A stretch of 64,000 nt of DNA. Source: Chloropicon primus. Lineage: Eukaryota. This document shows positions 52,646 to 62,526 of the stretch, piece by piece. The position numbers and the translations under genes were made by a program. A model generated the notes under the pieces. It saw only the letters and a program-made list of their open reading frames with translations. It ran no database searches and was not told the DNA's origin. How positions within the stretch are numbered: the first letter of the stretch is position 1; each line of letters starts with the position of its first letter. Location of the stretch: positions 248,001 through 312,000 of the forward strand of contig CP060770.1 of the NCBI GenBank assembly GCA_023205875.1. The letters are read 5' to 3'.

Positions 52646-54130
52646 TCAGGAAGTCTTGGCCAAGTTGTACTGCAGCACGAAGTTGTCCTTCCTCACGATG
52701 TCCCACGCCATGCTGTCGAAGACGAGGAAGGACCCGCGCTCGTACCTATCTGTTTTTACAACCGGATCCGTGTTCGGCACCCTGGCCAGCCAGAGCTTGT
52801 GCTCCATGTGGTACCACCAGCCCCTGGACCAGAGCTCCTCCGCGGCGAGGGCCTTGAAGTTGTTCGTCCCGCCCCCCTGGCCGTTGGAGTTCGGCACCAC
52901 CACGCTCCCCTCCTCCCCCCTCTCCCCGGTGGAGTAAAACATGTAGAAAAGAGTCTCCAGGGGGAAGCTCTTAATGCTGTTCGGCTGCAGCAGAGGAACC
53001 TGCTGGAGGTAGCACTGGGGGACCTTGAAGTTGGGCTCCTTGTCCGAAGAGGAGGCCTGGTCACCGGGGGAGGACCCCGTGGAGGGGAACCCGCCACCGC
53101 CACCGCCACTACCCTGCTGCTGCTGGGGGATCAGGCCCGCGGCGTCGGACCACGGAGACGCGAAGGACTTGTACAGGCTCCCCAGGGAGTTCAGGTTGAG
53201 GCCCAGGGTCGTGAGGTCCGTGCCGAGAGCCAGGGTCGTGAGGTCGGCGTCGCTCATTCGGATGACGCCCAGGAGACCCAGGAGGCCGAACTTCTCCGTC
53301 GGCTTGTCGCCCGTGGGAGGGGGAGGCACCAACTCGTCCAGGGACTGCTGCTGCTGCTCCTTGGGCGGAGGCGGGGGGGGCATCCCAAGCTGGCCATAAG
53401 GCTGCAGGAACTGCGACCCGAGGCCCCCCGAAGCCTTGGAGCCGCTGCTGTTCGCCTGCTGACCCGCGGCTCCCCCCCCGAGCGCAGGAAACTCCTCGTT
53501 CTGGATACTGAACTCTCCGTTCTGGTTCCCTCCGTGCTTGTGTCGAAGCATCCCGAACTGCAGGCTGTAGGCGTCGGTCATCCCGAGTCCCATGCCCGCT
53601 CCTCCGAGTCCCATGCCCCCCAGACCCCCCGTCGCGGCCACCCCGGGCCCGAGACCTCCCAGGGCACCCCCCGCTGCCGCGCCGGGCGCCGGGCCCGAGC
53701 GAGGGGCCGACGCTCCCCCCGCAGCCCGGTCCAGGGACGGGAAGTCCGACGCATCGAATGGCGTCGTTGTCGTCGTCGTCCCCAAAGTTGGCGACGTGCT
53801 CAACGACGCCGCCGCGAACACCGTCTGCTGGTGAGGTGGGTCAGCCTCGCTACCGCCGAACACCATTTGCTGCTGCTGCTGCTGCTGCTGCTGAGGAGGA
53901 GGCACTTCGACGAAAGGATCTTGGGCATGGCCGACAGGCATTGTCGTCATGTACGATCCACGAGACAAGGCCTGCAACCCTCCGCCGCTTCCTTCTCTCT
54001 GCTGCTGCTGCTGCTGCTGTCCATGACCCACCGGTGGCTGGACGCCAAAACGAAACCCGCCGGTGGTGGTGCCGGGGTAACCACTCGAAGGTCCGGACGC
54101 ACCAGGCGGAGGCGTCGGGTTCTGCTGCAT
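52646..54130 (-). CDS. NOT2: CCR4-NOT subunit NOT2
   Basis: FSIQNEEFPAL, KFGLLGLLGVIRM...LALGTDLTTLGLNLN...FASPW, ETLFYMFYS, AAEELWSRGWWYH, YERGS..FD...W. Confidence 0.93.
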   Translation of the reverse strand: MQQNPTPPPGASGPSSGYPGTTTGGFRFGVQPPVGHGQQQQQQQREGSGGGLQALSRGSYMTTMPVGHAQDPFVEVPPPQQQQQQQQQMVFGGSEADPPHQQTVFAAASLSTSPTLGTTTTTTPFDASDFPSLDRAAGGASAPRSGPAPGAAAGGALGGLGPGVAATGGLGGMGLGGAGMGLGMTDAYSLQFGMLRHKHGGNQNGEFSIQNEEFPALGGGAAGQQANSSGSKASGGLGSQFLQPYGQLGMPPPPPPKEQQQQSLDELVPPPPTGDKPTEKFGLLGLLGVIRMSDADLTTLALGTDLTTLGLNLNSLGSLYKSFASPWSDAAGLIPQQQQGSGGGGGGFPSTGSSPGDQASSSDKEPNFKVPQCYLQQVPLLQPNSIKSFPLETLFYMFYSTGERGEEGSVVVPNSNGQGGGTNNFKALAAEELWSRGWWYHMEHKLWLARVPNTDPVVKTDRYERGSFLVFDSMAWDIVRKDNFVLQYNLAKTS

Positions 54131-54351
54131 CGTCGTCGTCGTCGGAGGAGGTTGCTTGCTTGTGCTTCTTCTTTTGAATGAATGAATGAATGAATGAAGG
54201 AAGGAAGGGTCCTCTGCTTCTTCTTTTCAAGGAAGGAAGCGTATGCCGGCTCTTGTAGAGCGTTGCCGGCGAGCAGAGCGGCAAGCAGAGCGAGCGAGCG
54301 AGATTGTTAGTTGCTCTCTCCCTCTCTCTCTCTCTCGTTTGCTCTCTCTCT

Positions 54352-54385
<34 letters not shown>

Positions 54386-54454
54386 TATGTGTTGTATTGA
54401 TAGGGTTTGCTCTGAGAAAATAGAGAAGGATCCTGAGGAGGGAGCAGAGGCAGA

Positions 54455-54926
54455 GGCAGAGGAGGAGGAGGAGGAGAGGAGGGGGATCAGGAAGGGAAGG
54501 GGCTTGGGTTTGGGTTTGGTTTGGTTTGGATCACACATTCATTGTGTCTCTCGGTTTCTCTCTCTCTGTCTCTCGGTCTCTGTGTGAATGATGAGAATGA
54601 TGAGAGTGATGGAGAGGAGGAGGAGGAGGAGAGGAGGGGGATCAGGAAGGGAAGGGGCTTGGGTTTGGGTTGGGTTTGGGTTGGATCACACATTCATTGT
54701 GTCTCTCGGTTTCTCTCTCTCTGTCTCTCGGTCTCTGTGTGAATGATGAGAATGATGAGAGTGATGGAGGAGGAGGAGGAGGAGGAGAGGAGGGGGATCA
54801 GGAAGGGAAGGGGCTTGGGTTTGGGTTTGGGTTGGGTTGGATCACACATTCATTGTGTCTCTCGGTTTCTCTCTCTCTGTCTCTCGGTCTCTGTGTGAAT
54901 GATGAGAATGATGAGAGTGATGGAGG
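54455..54926. repeat. Tandem repeat, ~155-156 bp x3, built from simple motifs (GGA, GGGTTT, CT, GATGAGA)
   Basis: TCACACATTCATTGTGTCTC begins at 54531, 54686 and 54842. Confidence 0.92.
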
Positions 54927-56143
54927 AGTAGGCACCGTTGGACATATATCGAAGTAGACTTGGCGACGTCAGTTCCAGGCGACGTACGGGCAATACCTAC
55001 GAGGAGAAGGGGTTTCCCGTGCTTCTGCTCCCCCGGCTTCTCCAGATTCTCCAGCTTGTGCCTCAGGACGTGCTCGACGTGTTCGACGAGGAGACAAAGT
55101 TCCTCAGAAGTGTGTTGGCCCGATGCTACAGAACAACGGGTGGCGCCGGACTTGAGCATGCAGTGCGACGCCGAGTACACGGCGTGCCCGTCCGAGGTGC
55201 TTGCAGCCTTGCTCATGTACTTTTTGAGCTCCTCTTTCTTTTCCTCCCCAATCAAAGCTGCTGCATGGGACGTCGGGATACACGCCAGTATAGAGGCCTG
55301 CCCTGCGCGCTCAGCAAGGTAGTCGAGGTCCTCGTCAGCTTGTGACCGTCTCGACAATCGCGACAAGGCAGCTACAAGAAGCGCGCAAGGCTCGCCCTTC
55401 TCCTTCGCAAGGGCAAGAGCTTTCGTAAGAACTTTGCGGTCCTTGAGGCATCGCGAGCGGCTGGCGGTCCCAAGCTCCACGAAACGAAATGCTTTCACCT
55501 GTTTAGGAAGATCTTTGCCGAGCAACGCGCTTGAGATCGTGGCCGCCTGACCAGCGAGCTTGTTCCCAAGCCCCTCCTGCGCAAGGGACTCGCGGAGGAA
55601 GACGATGCAGTGGGTCAGTTCTTTCAAGCCCTCAACGCGCTCCAGGTGGACTCCGCCACGGCCTCGGACCACGCGGACCAGGGTCAGCTCCTCAGGCTGG
55701 CGAGTTCGCTCCGCCCGTGTACCCTCGCGTGCAAGGGTGGGCCGCGCGCCAGCTAATTCGTCGTCTGCGAAGCGAAGAGAGGCAATAAGTCCATCCGCAT
55801 TGAGAAGCGTCGTCGGATCCACGTTCTCCTCGATGGCGGCCATCTCCCGCTCCCTATGAGGTCCCGCGGAGATCGCCAGGGCCACTGTGCAAGCGTTGGT
55901 GTCCAGGCTTGTTCCGAGTGCCACCGCGCCGCACGGCTGCCCGCTGCCCTGCAAGTGGGTGAAGACAGAGACATTGGCACCACAATCCTTGGGCGCCACC
56001 CGCCATCCTTGGGCGCCACCCACCTGGAGAACCGCGGCCGGGGTGGCGCCACCAGCCCCTTCTTCACATGACGTCCCAGTATTCGTCAGTCTCCTCTTCT
56101 TCGTCGGCAACCAGTGGCCGAAGTATTCCAGGAGGTAACTCAT
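54842..56143 (-). pseudogene. Serine-recombinase/resolvase-like ORF, apparently 3'-truncated, mobile-element derived
   Basis: IVFLRES...LAGQ...FVELGTASRS...DRKVLTKALALAK...LLVAALSRLSRR follows the resolvase catalytic pattern (YxRxS...Q...D/E.SG...R..L...LVV.LDRL.R). A second start, LVGIARTS...SIYVQRCLL, is cut where the tandem repeat begins (~54925). Confidence 0.55.
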
Positions 56144-56253
56144 CGCTTTCTCTCTGGTCGTGGTCTTCTCGTCCCCACTCGTCGGCCGCCTCGTTCGCGG
56201 CTCTGGCGTTACGGCGGCTCTCTTTCTCTCTCCAGCTCCCGCCAGGTCACACA

Positions 56254-56376
56254 CCTCGCCGTCCTCCGCCGTTACGATCTCGTTGTGATCCTTGTATAAC
56301 TAACGTCAGTCGCCGTCGTCCTCCTCGCCGTCCTCCGCCGTTACGATCTCGTTGTGACCCTTGTATAATTAACGTC
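56254..56376. repeat. 54-bp direct repeat x2 (period 69 bp) between the recombinase-like ORF and the tRNA
   Basis: CCTCGCCGTCCTCCGCCGTTACGATCTCGTTGTGAYCCTTGTATAAYTAACGTC at 56254 and 56323. Confidence 0.9.
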
Positions 56377-56513
56377 TCTCACCGAACCCTTGTCTCACGG
56401 AGCAAGAGGTAAGGCGGCTGTTGTTTCGCCGCGGGGCCCATGTGACTGGGTTTGTTTGTTTGTATTTTTTGCCGGATCAACTTGTTAGTTTGTTGATGCG
56501 AAGTTCGAGCTTC

Positions 56514-56586
56514 CGCGGACGCCGGGATTCGAACCCGGGTCTCCCGCGTGACAGGCGGGGATACTGACCGACTATACTACATCCAC
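56514..56586 (-). tRNA. tRNA-Asp(GUC): tRNA-Asp (anticodon GTC), cytosolic type
   Basis: GTGGATG acceptor pairs with CGTCCGC; D arm TAGTATAGTCGGTCAGTAT; anticodon arm CCCGC-CTGTCAC-GCGGG; T arm CCGGG-TTCGAAT-CCCGG; discriminator G. Confidence 0.95.
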
Positions 56587-56741
56587 TATCGTGTAGATTT
56601 TCCATGGAGAAATGCCACGCCCGGGTGGGGAGGGCCGTGTTCCAATGGATGAAATTTTGTGCGATTTTGTCCTCTATATTCTTCAGGGGACAACGCTACG
56701 CTCTCCAACCTCCGGAGAGCGCGAGCGCGAGCGCGAGAGCG

Positions 56742-57397
56742 GCGCCTCGAGAGGGCGTCCGTCCGATTGAGGCTCCGTACCGATCGACAGATCGTATCCC
56801 GAGCTTCTCATCGACGACCCCTTCATTCGAGCGGCGCCTCGAGAGGGCGTCCGTCCGATTGAGGCTCCGTACCGATCGACAGATCGTATCCCGAGCTTCT
56901 CATCGACGACCCCTTCACTCGAGCGCGAGCGCCTCGAGAGGGCGTCCGTCCGATTGAGGCTCCGTACCGATCGACAGATCGTATCCCGAGCTTCTCATCG
57001 ACGACCCCTTCATTCGAGCGCGAGCGCCTCGAGAGGGCGTCCGTCCGATTGAGGCTCCGTACCGATCGACAGATCGTATCCCGAGCTTCTCATCGACGAC
57101 CCCTTCACTCGAGCGCGAGCGCCTCGAGAGGGCGTCCGTCCGATTGAGGCTCCGTACCGATCGACAGATCGTATCCCGAGCTTCTCATCGACGACCCCTT
57201 CACTCGAGCGCGAGCGCCTCGAGAGGGCGTCCGTCCGATTGAGGCTCCGTACCGATCGACAGATCGTATCCCGAGCTTCTCATCGACGACCCCTTCACTC
57301 GAGCGCGAGCGCCTCGAGAGGGCGTCCGTCCGATTGAGGCTCCGTACCGATCGACAGATCGTATCCCGAGCTTCTCATCGACGACCCCTTCACTCGA
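56742..57397. repeat. CpG-rich minisatellite, 95 bp x7 (first spacing 92 bp)
   Basis: GCGCCTCGAGAGGGCGTCCGTCCGATTGAGG... begins at 56742, 56834, 56929, 57024, 57119, 57214 and 57309. Units are nearly identical with no spacers. Confidence 0.97.
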
Positions 57398-57402
57398 CGG
57401 GA

Positions 57403-58506
57403 ATGGATCAGGGGATCGGGCGAAAGGTGAGGGCGAGAGAGAGAGAGCAGCATGGTCAACAACACCATGATCGTTGTTTCGGACCACCTCTCCCTGGCCT
57501 CACCTCGACATCCCGTCGTCGCAAGAGCAAGAGGGCGAAGCATGCCTTCGAAGTCCTCCCAGGAAGCGCATGGCTCCTGGTCGCTACCCATCTTCACCCC
57601 CACGACAGGATCGCGTTCGCCTTGACCTGCCGGACTTTCCTCGATGCGGTGAAGGGTCTTCCCCTGAGAACGGAGACCCTCGGAGACCCTCGCTTCAGCC
57701 TGAGTTGGTACCAATGGGTGTTTCTCTCGTTCAAGAGGAGCCCGACTCAAATGGCTCCACAAGAACCTGCCAAGCTCTTCTTTTACTCCAAGGTGTTGTA
57801 CGACACCGACCTGATGGGCCTCGCTGCTCGCCAGGGAAGCATCAAGGCGATGAAATGGCTGATCAGCCGAGGGATACCTTTGGATCAGGGACTTTGGCAT
57901 TGCGCGGATCGAGCTGCTAGCGGCGGTCACCTTGACGCTCTCAAGTGGTTGAGGAGCGAGGGATGCGAGCTCGATGCATCCACTTGCCAACGTGCAGCTG
58001 GAGGAGGTTACCTTGACGTTCTGCAGTGGCTTCGAAGCCAGGACCCGCCTTGCCCTTGGGACGCGAAGGCTTGTGCTGCTGCAGCTCGATTCGGTCACCT
58101 TCAAGTTCTCCAGTGGCTTCGAAATCAGGACCCGCCTTGTGATTGGGACAAGTGGACTTGTTCTTCTGCAGCTGAAGGAGGTCACCTTCAAGTTCTCCAG
58201 TGGCTTCGAAAGCAGGACCCGCCTTGTCCTTGGGACTCGGATACTTGTTCTTGTGCAGCTGCAGGAGGTCACCTTGATGTTCTGAAGTGGGCTCGAAGCC
58301 AGGACCCGCCTTGCCCTTGGACCGAGGTGACTTGCGAATGGGCGGCCTCGTATGGCCACCTTCAAGTTCTCCAGTGGCTGCGGAGCCAGGACCCGCCTTG
58401 CCCTTGGTACCCAGGGGGTTGCCTGTTCATGCTGCACATCCTCGGCACTTCTGAGAACAAGGACATTATTGACTGGGTGGAGCAGAATCGAAATTCTGGC
58501 ACGTGA
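57403..58506 (+). CDS. Ankyrin-repeat protein of the GHLxVLQWLRSQDPPCPW type with an F-box-like N-terminal segment
   Basis: Six ~29-aa (87-nt) repeats AA.GGHL.VLQWLR.QDPPCPW, preceded by LPGSAWLLVATHLHPHDRIAFALTCRTFLDAV. Confidence 0.88.
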   Translation: MDQGIGRKVRAREREQHGQQHHDRCFGPPLPGLTSTSRRRKSKRAKHAFEVLPGSAWLLVATHLHPHDRIAFALTCRTFLDAVKGLPLRTETLGDPRFSLSWYQWVFLSFKRSPTQMAPQEPAKLFFYSKVLYDTDLMGLAARQGSIKAMKWLISRGIPLDQGLWHCADRAASGGHLDALKWLRSEGCELDASTCQRAAGGGYLDVLQWLRSQDPPCPWDAKACAAAARFGHLQVLQWLRNQDPPCDWDKWTCSSAAEGGHLQVLQWLRKQDPPCPWDSDTCSCAAAGGHLDVLKWARSQDPPCPWTEVTCEWAASYGHLQVLQWLRSQDPPCPWYPGGCLFMLHILGTSENKDIIDWVEQNRNSGT

Positions 58507-58858
58507 GGACGACGACGACGACGACGAGTCGTGGACTCGTTCTGAAAAAGCAAACCATAGCTCAAGTCGGAACTCTAAAAACCACACGCTCCCCGTGATG
58601 GAACCAACCATTGTGAGACTTTGTGAGACCGCCCCTCTCTCCCCATCCTTCCTTCCTCCTCCCTCCTCATGATCATCACATCACATCACATCATCTCCCC
58701 CTCATTTCTTCCGAACAACCAAAACAAAAACCGCCGTCGGTCGTCGTCGGTCGTCGTTCCCCTCCAGCCGTTACGTTACGTGTTTTTTTGGTAACGGACG
58801 GACGGACGGGACGGAAGAGCAGAGCGTCAGACGCATCGCATCACCTTCGGCTCCTCCG

Positions 58859-59767
58859 ATGTCGACTCCTCCTCCTCCTGTTTCTTCTTCTTCTTCTCCT
58901 TCGCCTGGACGCGAGCGGCGGTTCCCTCCTGGGACCTTGCTCGCTTCCGGGCGTTACAGGGTGCTGCGGGAGGTGAACCGGGGTGGGTCGGCGATCGTGT
59001 ACGAGGCGGTGGACCTCAAGGAGTCCACGGCCGTGGCCCTGAAGACCCACGACCTTCGTTCGGCGGACCCGAGGTCGCTGGACAGGCTGAAGCGGGAGAT
59101 CATGAACGCCAAGGATGTGGTGCACAAGAACGTGGTCAGGTTGTACAACGTGGTGCTGGAAGGGGACTGCCTGGTGCTGGTGCTGGAGCTCGTGCGGGGC
59201 TGCGACCTCCTGGAGGTGATCAACCGGGCCGGGGGGAGGCTCAAGGAGGGGGTGGCGCGGTCTTACTTTGTGCAGCTGGTCAGCGGGGTGGCCAAGCTCC
59301 ACGAGTCCAACTTGTGCCACCGGGACCTCAAGCCGGAGAACTGCATGGTGGATCTGGGCTCAAACACTCTCAAGGTCATCGACCTGGGGCTGTCGAAGCA
59401 CCTGACGAGCGCGCACACGCTGGGGGTCGGCACACCGGACTACATGGCGCCGGAGCTCGTCAACTTCACGGGGGACTTCGGGCAGGACAAGGGGCAGCCC
59501 TACAACGCCAGCGCGAGCGATGTCTGGTCCATGGGGGCCACGCTGTACCTCATGGTGGTGGGCGTGTACCCGTTCGAGGACCCGAACAACCCCAGGGACA
59601 TCACGAGCACGCTGCGGAACGTCCTGAGCGGCAGGTACAGGCCCCTCCCCGACCGGATCAAGGACAGGCCCTGCGCGGACCTCCTGAGGAAGATGCTGGT
59701 GCCCCAGCCCCACGACAGGATCACGATGGAAAACATCTGGGAGCACCCTTGGGTCAAGGGAAAGTGA
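58859..59767 (+). CDS. Ser/Thr protein kinase (CAMK/SnRK-like)
   Basis: VALK, REI, HKNVVRL, CHRDLKPEN, KVIDLGLSK, VGTPDYMAPE, DVWSMG, HPW. Confidence 0.95.
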   Translation: MSTPPPPVSSSSSPSPGRERRFPPGTLLASGRYRVLREVNRGGSAIVYEAVDLKESTAVALKTHDLRSADPRSLDRLKREIMNAKDVVHKNVVRLYNVVLEGDCLVLVLELVRGCDLLEVINRAGGRLKEGVARSYFVQLVSGVAKLHESNLCHRDLKPENCMVDLGSNTLKVIDLGLSKHLTSAHTLGVGTPDYMAPELVNFTGDFGQDKGQPYNASASDVWSMGATLYLMVVGVYPFEDPNNPRDITSTLRNVLSGRYRPLPDRIKDRPCADLLRKMLVPQPHDRITMENIWEHPWVKGK

Positions 59768-60010
59768 TGAGGATGCTCGATCCCCCTCCACCCCAAAAAA
59801 AATAAAAGTAAAAGCAAAAAATAAAGGAGAGAGAGCCGACGACGATGTGTCCGCAGTTGTAACAGACCCTCCTCCCCCCTCCAAAAAAAAAATATTGCCA
59901 CTTGTGAATAGCCATATTCCCTTTTATATACTCGCCATCATCCACACCATCATCACCTCTCTCTCTCTCTCTCACTTCTCTCTCATCACCACCACCACCA
60001 CCATCATCAT

Positions 60011-60041
<31 letters not shown>

Positions 60042-60113
60042 CCTCTCTCTTCTTCTTGTGTCCGCAGTTGTAACAGACCCTCCCCCCTCCCCCCCTCCTC
60101 TCCTCCTTCCTAT

Positions 60114-61653
60114 TCACTCATCTCTCTCCTCCCTCTGCACGGCCCTCCAGCCGATGTCCCTCCTGCAGAACCCTTGGGGCCAGTCGATCCTGTTGTCCAC
60201 GGCCTCGTAGGCCTTCTTCTGGGCCTCCTTGACGGTGGATCCGGAAGCGGTGACGGCGAGGACCCTCCCCCCGACCGCAAGGGTCTCCCCCTCCTCCCCC
60301 TCCTTGGTGCCCGCGTGGAAGACCTTGGCCCCTCCTCCTCCTTCCTCCTCCTCGATCATCTTGATCACGGTCCCCTTGTCGTACTCCCCGGGGTAGCCCT
60401 CCGCGGCCATGATCACAACCAGGGCCGGGTCGTCTCTCCACTGGATGCCCTCGCCGTCGTCGTCGAACTTGTCCAGGGTTCCGTCGCAGGACGACAGGAT
60501 GATGTCCAGCAGGTCCGTCTGCAGCCTGTGCATCAGGACCTCGCACTCCGGGTCGCCGAACCTGACGTTGAACTCCAGGACTTTGACCGCCCCCTCGTCG
60601 TCGATCATCAGCCCAGCGAAGATGACCCCCTGGAAGGGGCAGCCCTCCTCCCTGAGGCCCCGGACGAGGGGCTCGATGACGGACTCCATCACCTCGGCCT
60701 CCATCTCCGGGGTGAGGACAGGGGCGGGGGAGTACGCGCCCATGCCCCCCGTGTTCGGCCCCCTGTCCCCGTCGTAGGCGGCCTTGTGGTCCTGCGCCGA
60801 GTGGAGGGGCTGGGTGTTCCCCTTGGAGTCCACGATGACGAAGAACGAGGCCTCTTCTCCGGCGAGAAAGTCCTCGATAACGATCGAGCTTCCCGCCGAA
60901 CCGAATCTGTTCCCAAGAAGCATGGAGTCCACCGCCTCGGTGGCCTCCTCCATGGTCTGCGCCACCACCACGCCCTTGCCCGCCGCAAGCCCGTCCGCCT
61001 TGACGACGACTGGAAACTCGTCCTTCCTCCCGAGGTACGCCTTGGCCTTCTCCGGATCCACGAAGACCTCGTACCCCGCGGTGGGGATGCCGTACTTGTC
61101 GCAGAGGTCCTTCATGAACGTCTTCGAGCCCTCCAGCTGGGCCGCTTTCCTCGACGGTCCGAAGGCCCTGATCCCGTTCTCTCGCAGGGAATCCGCCAAT
61201 CCGGCCACAAGCTCCGCCTCAGGCCCAATGACGACGAGGGAAACGCCATTCTCGTTGCAGAACTCGACCACGTCCTCGTGCTTGTCGCAGTCCAGCTCCT
61301 CCTTGCTCACCAGACTCGTCTTCGGTTCTCTCTCGATTCCGGCATTCCCGGGAGCACAAAAGATTCTCGCGCACTGAGAGCTTCGCGCCATGGCCCAAAC
61401 GAGAGCGTGCTCCCTCCCACCGCCGCCCACGACGAGAACCCTCACCGCTTCACCTCCAGAGGCTGCCAACTCGGAGGAGGCGACGACAGCTCTGTGCCTC
61501 CTCCCTCGACGCCGTCCGCCAAAGGAGGAGGAGGAGGACCACCACCCAATCGACGATGATGCGTTCACCATCGAGGACAACGACGACCCTCTCCACCCCA
61601 TCGCCAGGGCGAAACCTCTGCCATCGCCTCTCCCATGCATGGCAACGGAACGA

Positions 61654-61684
<31 letters not shown>

Positions 61685-61781
61685 GATGTTGTTGTTGATG
61701 CGTTCCTCTTCGCGAAGAAGATCTCCTCGTCGCGTGGCATCCTGCCAATGCCCTCCCGGATGTCATAACGCTCGACGCCAT
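60114..61781 (-). CDS. purD: Phosphoribosylamine-glycine ligase (GAR synthetase) with plastid-type transit peptide
   Basis: VLVVGGGGREHAL, APGNAG, QLEGSK.F.K, VVKADGLAAGKGV, QDHK...GPNTGGMGAYSP, EFNVRFGDPE, GGRVL, RRDIG. Confidence 0.98.
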
Positions 61782-62526
61782 CGCTTCGCTTTCGTCAATC
61801 CCTTCCTCTCTGACTCTTCTGCTCCCCCCCCCCCAAAAAAAAAAAAGAGAGAGACAACGCGACTTCGTCAGGGGCTCCAATCCTCATCCCTCGGTCAATC
61901 CTCTCGTCCGAATAGTCATTCGAAAGAGGACATGACGACGCTTCGATATCTCAAGACCCTCGACGCACTCGACCTCGTCCTCGTCCTCGATTGCCGCTCC
62001 AAAGGGAACCCCTTTCCCGTTCCCAGACCTCACCTCCCCACACGCACGTTTTTTGCCAGATGGCAGCTCAGCAAGAGAGAGAGAAGAGAGAGAAGAGAGA
62101 AGAGAGTTTTCGTTGATGGACTGGATGGATCCATTCATTCATTCATTCATTCATTCATTCATTCGATCTCTGAATCTTTCTTCCTTCATCCTTCTTCTCT
62201 CTTACTCTCGTCCTGCTTGAGTTGCTCTCGTCCTCCTTCACCGACAGACCACCTCTCCTCTCTCGTCCTCTCTCGTCCTCTCTCGTCCTCCTTCACCGAC
62301 AGACCACCTCTCCTCTCCTCGATATTATATTACATGGCATGGCATGGCATGGTATGATATGGCGTATGGTGTGTGCCTTTCCTAAACCCTAAACCTCATC
62401 ATCACGTCATCCCCACCACCACAATAATCCATCCCCCAACCTGATGCTCTCCCCTCGAATTCACTCAGGTGCTCTCCATCTCTCCCCAGTTGGTTCAGGC
62501 CTCCATCACATCACTCACTCACTCCT

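Noticed and set aside
56742..57397. Possible CRISPR array
   Set aside because: Units are contiguous and near-identical with no unique spacers, there are no cas genes, and the context is eukaryotic.
59380..59392. DLG in place of DFG in the kinase, suggesting a pseudokinase
   Set aside because: DLG is a common active variant, and the catalytic Lys, HRD-K-N and APE motifs are intact.
59846..60083. 27-bp direct repeat (period ~211 bp) between the kinase and purD
   Set aside because: Short, embedded in low-complexity 3' UTR sequence; not counted among the nucleosome-length duplications.
62381..62396. CCTAAACCCTAAACCT telomere-like motif (also AAACCCTAA at ~16021)
   Set aside because: Only about 2 units; at most a telo-box promoter element, not an interstitial telomere.
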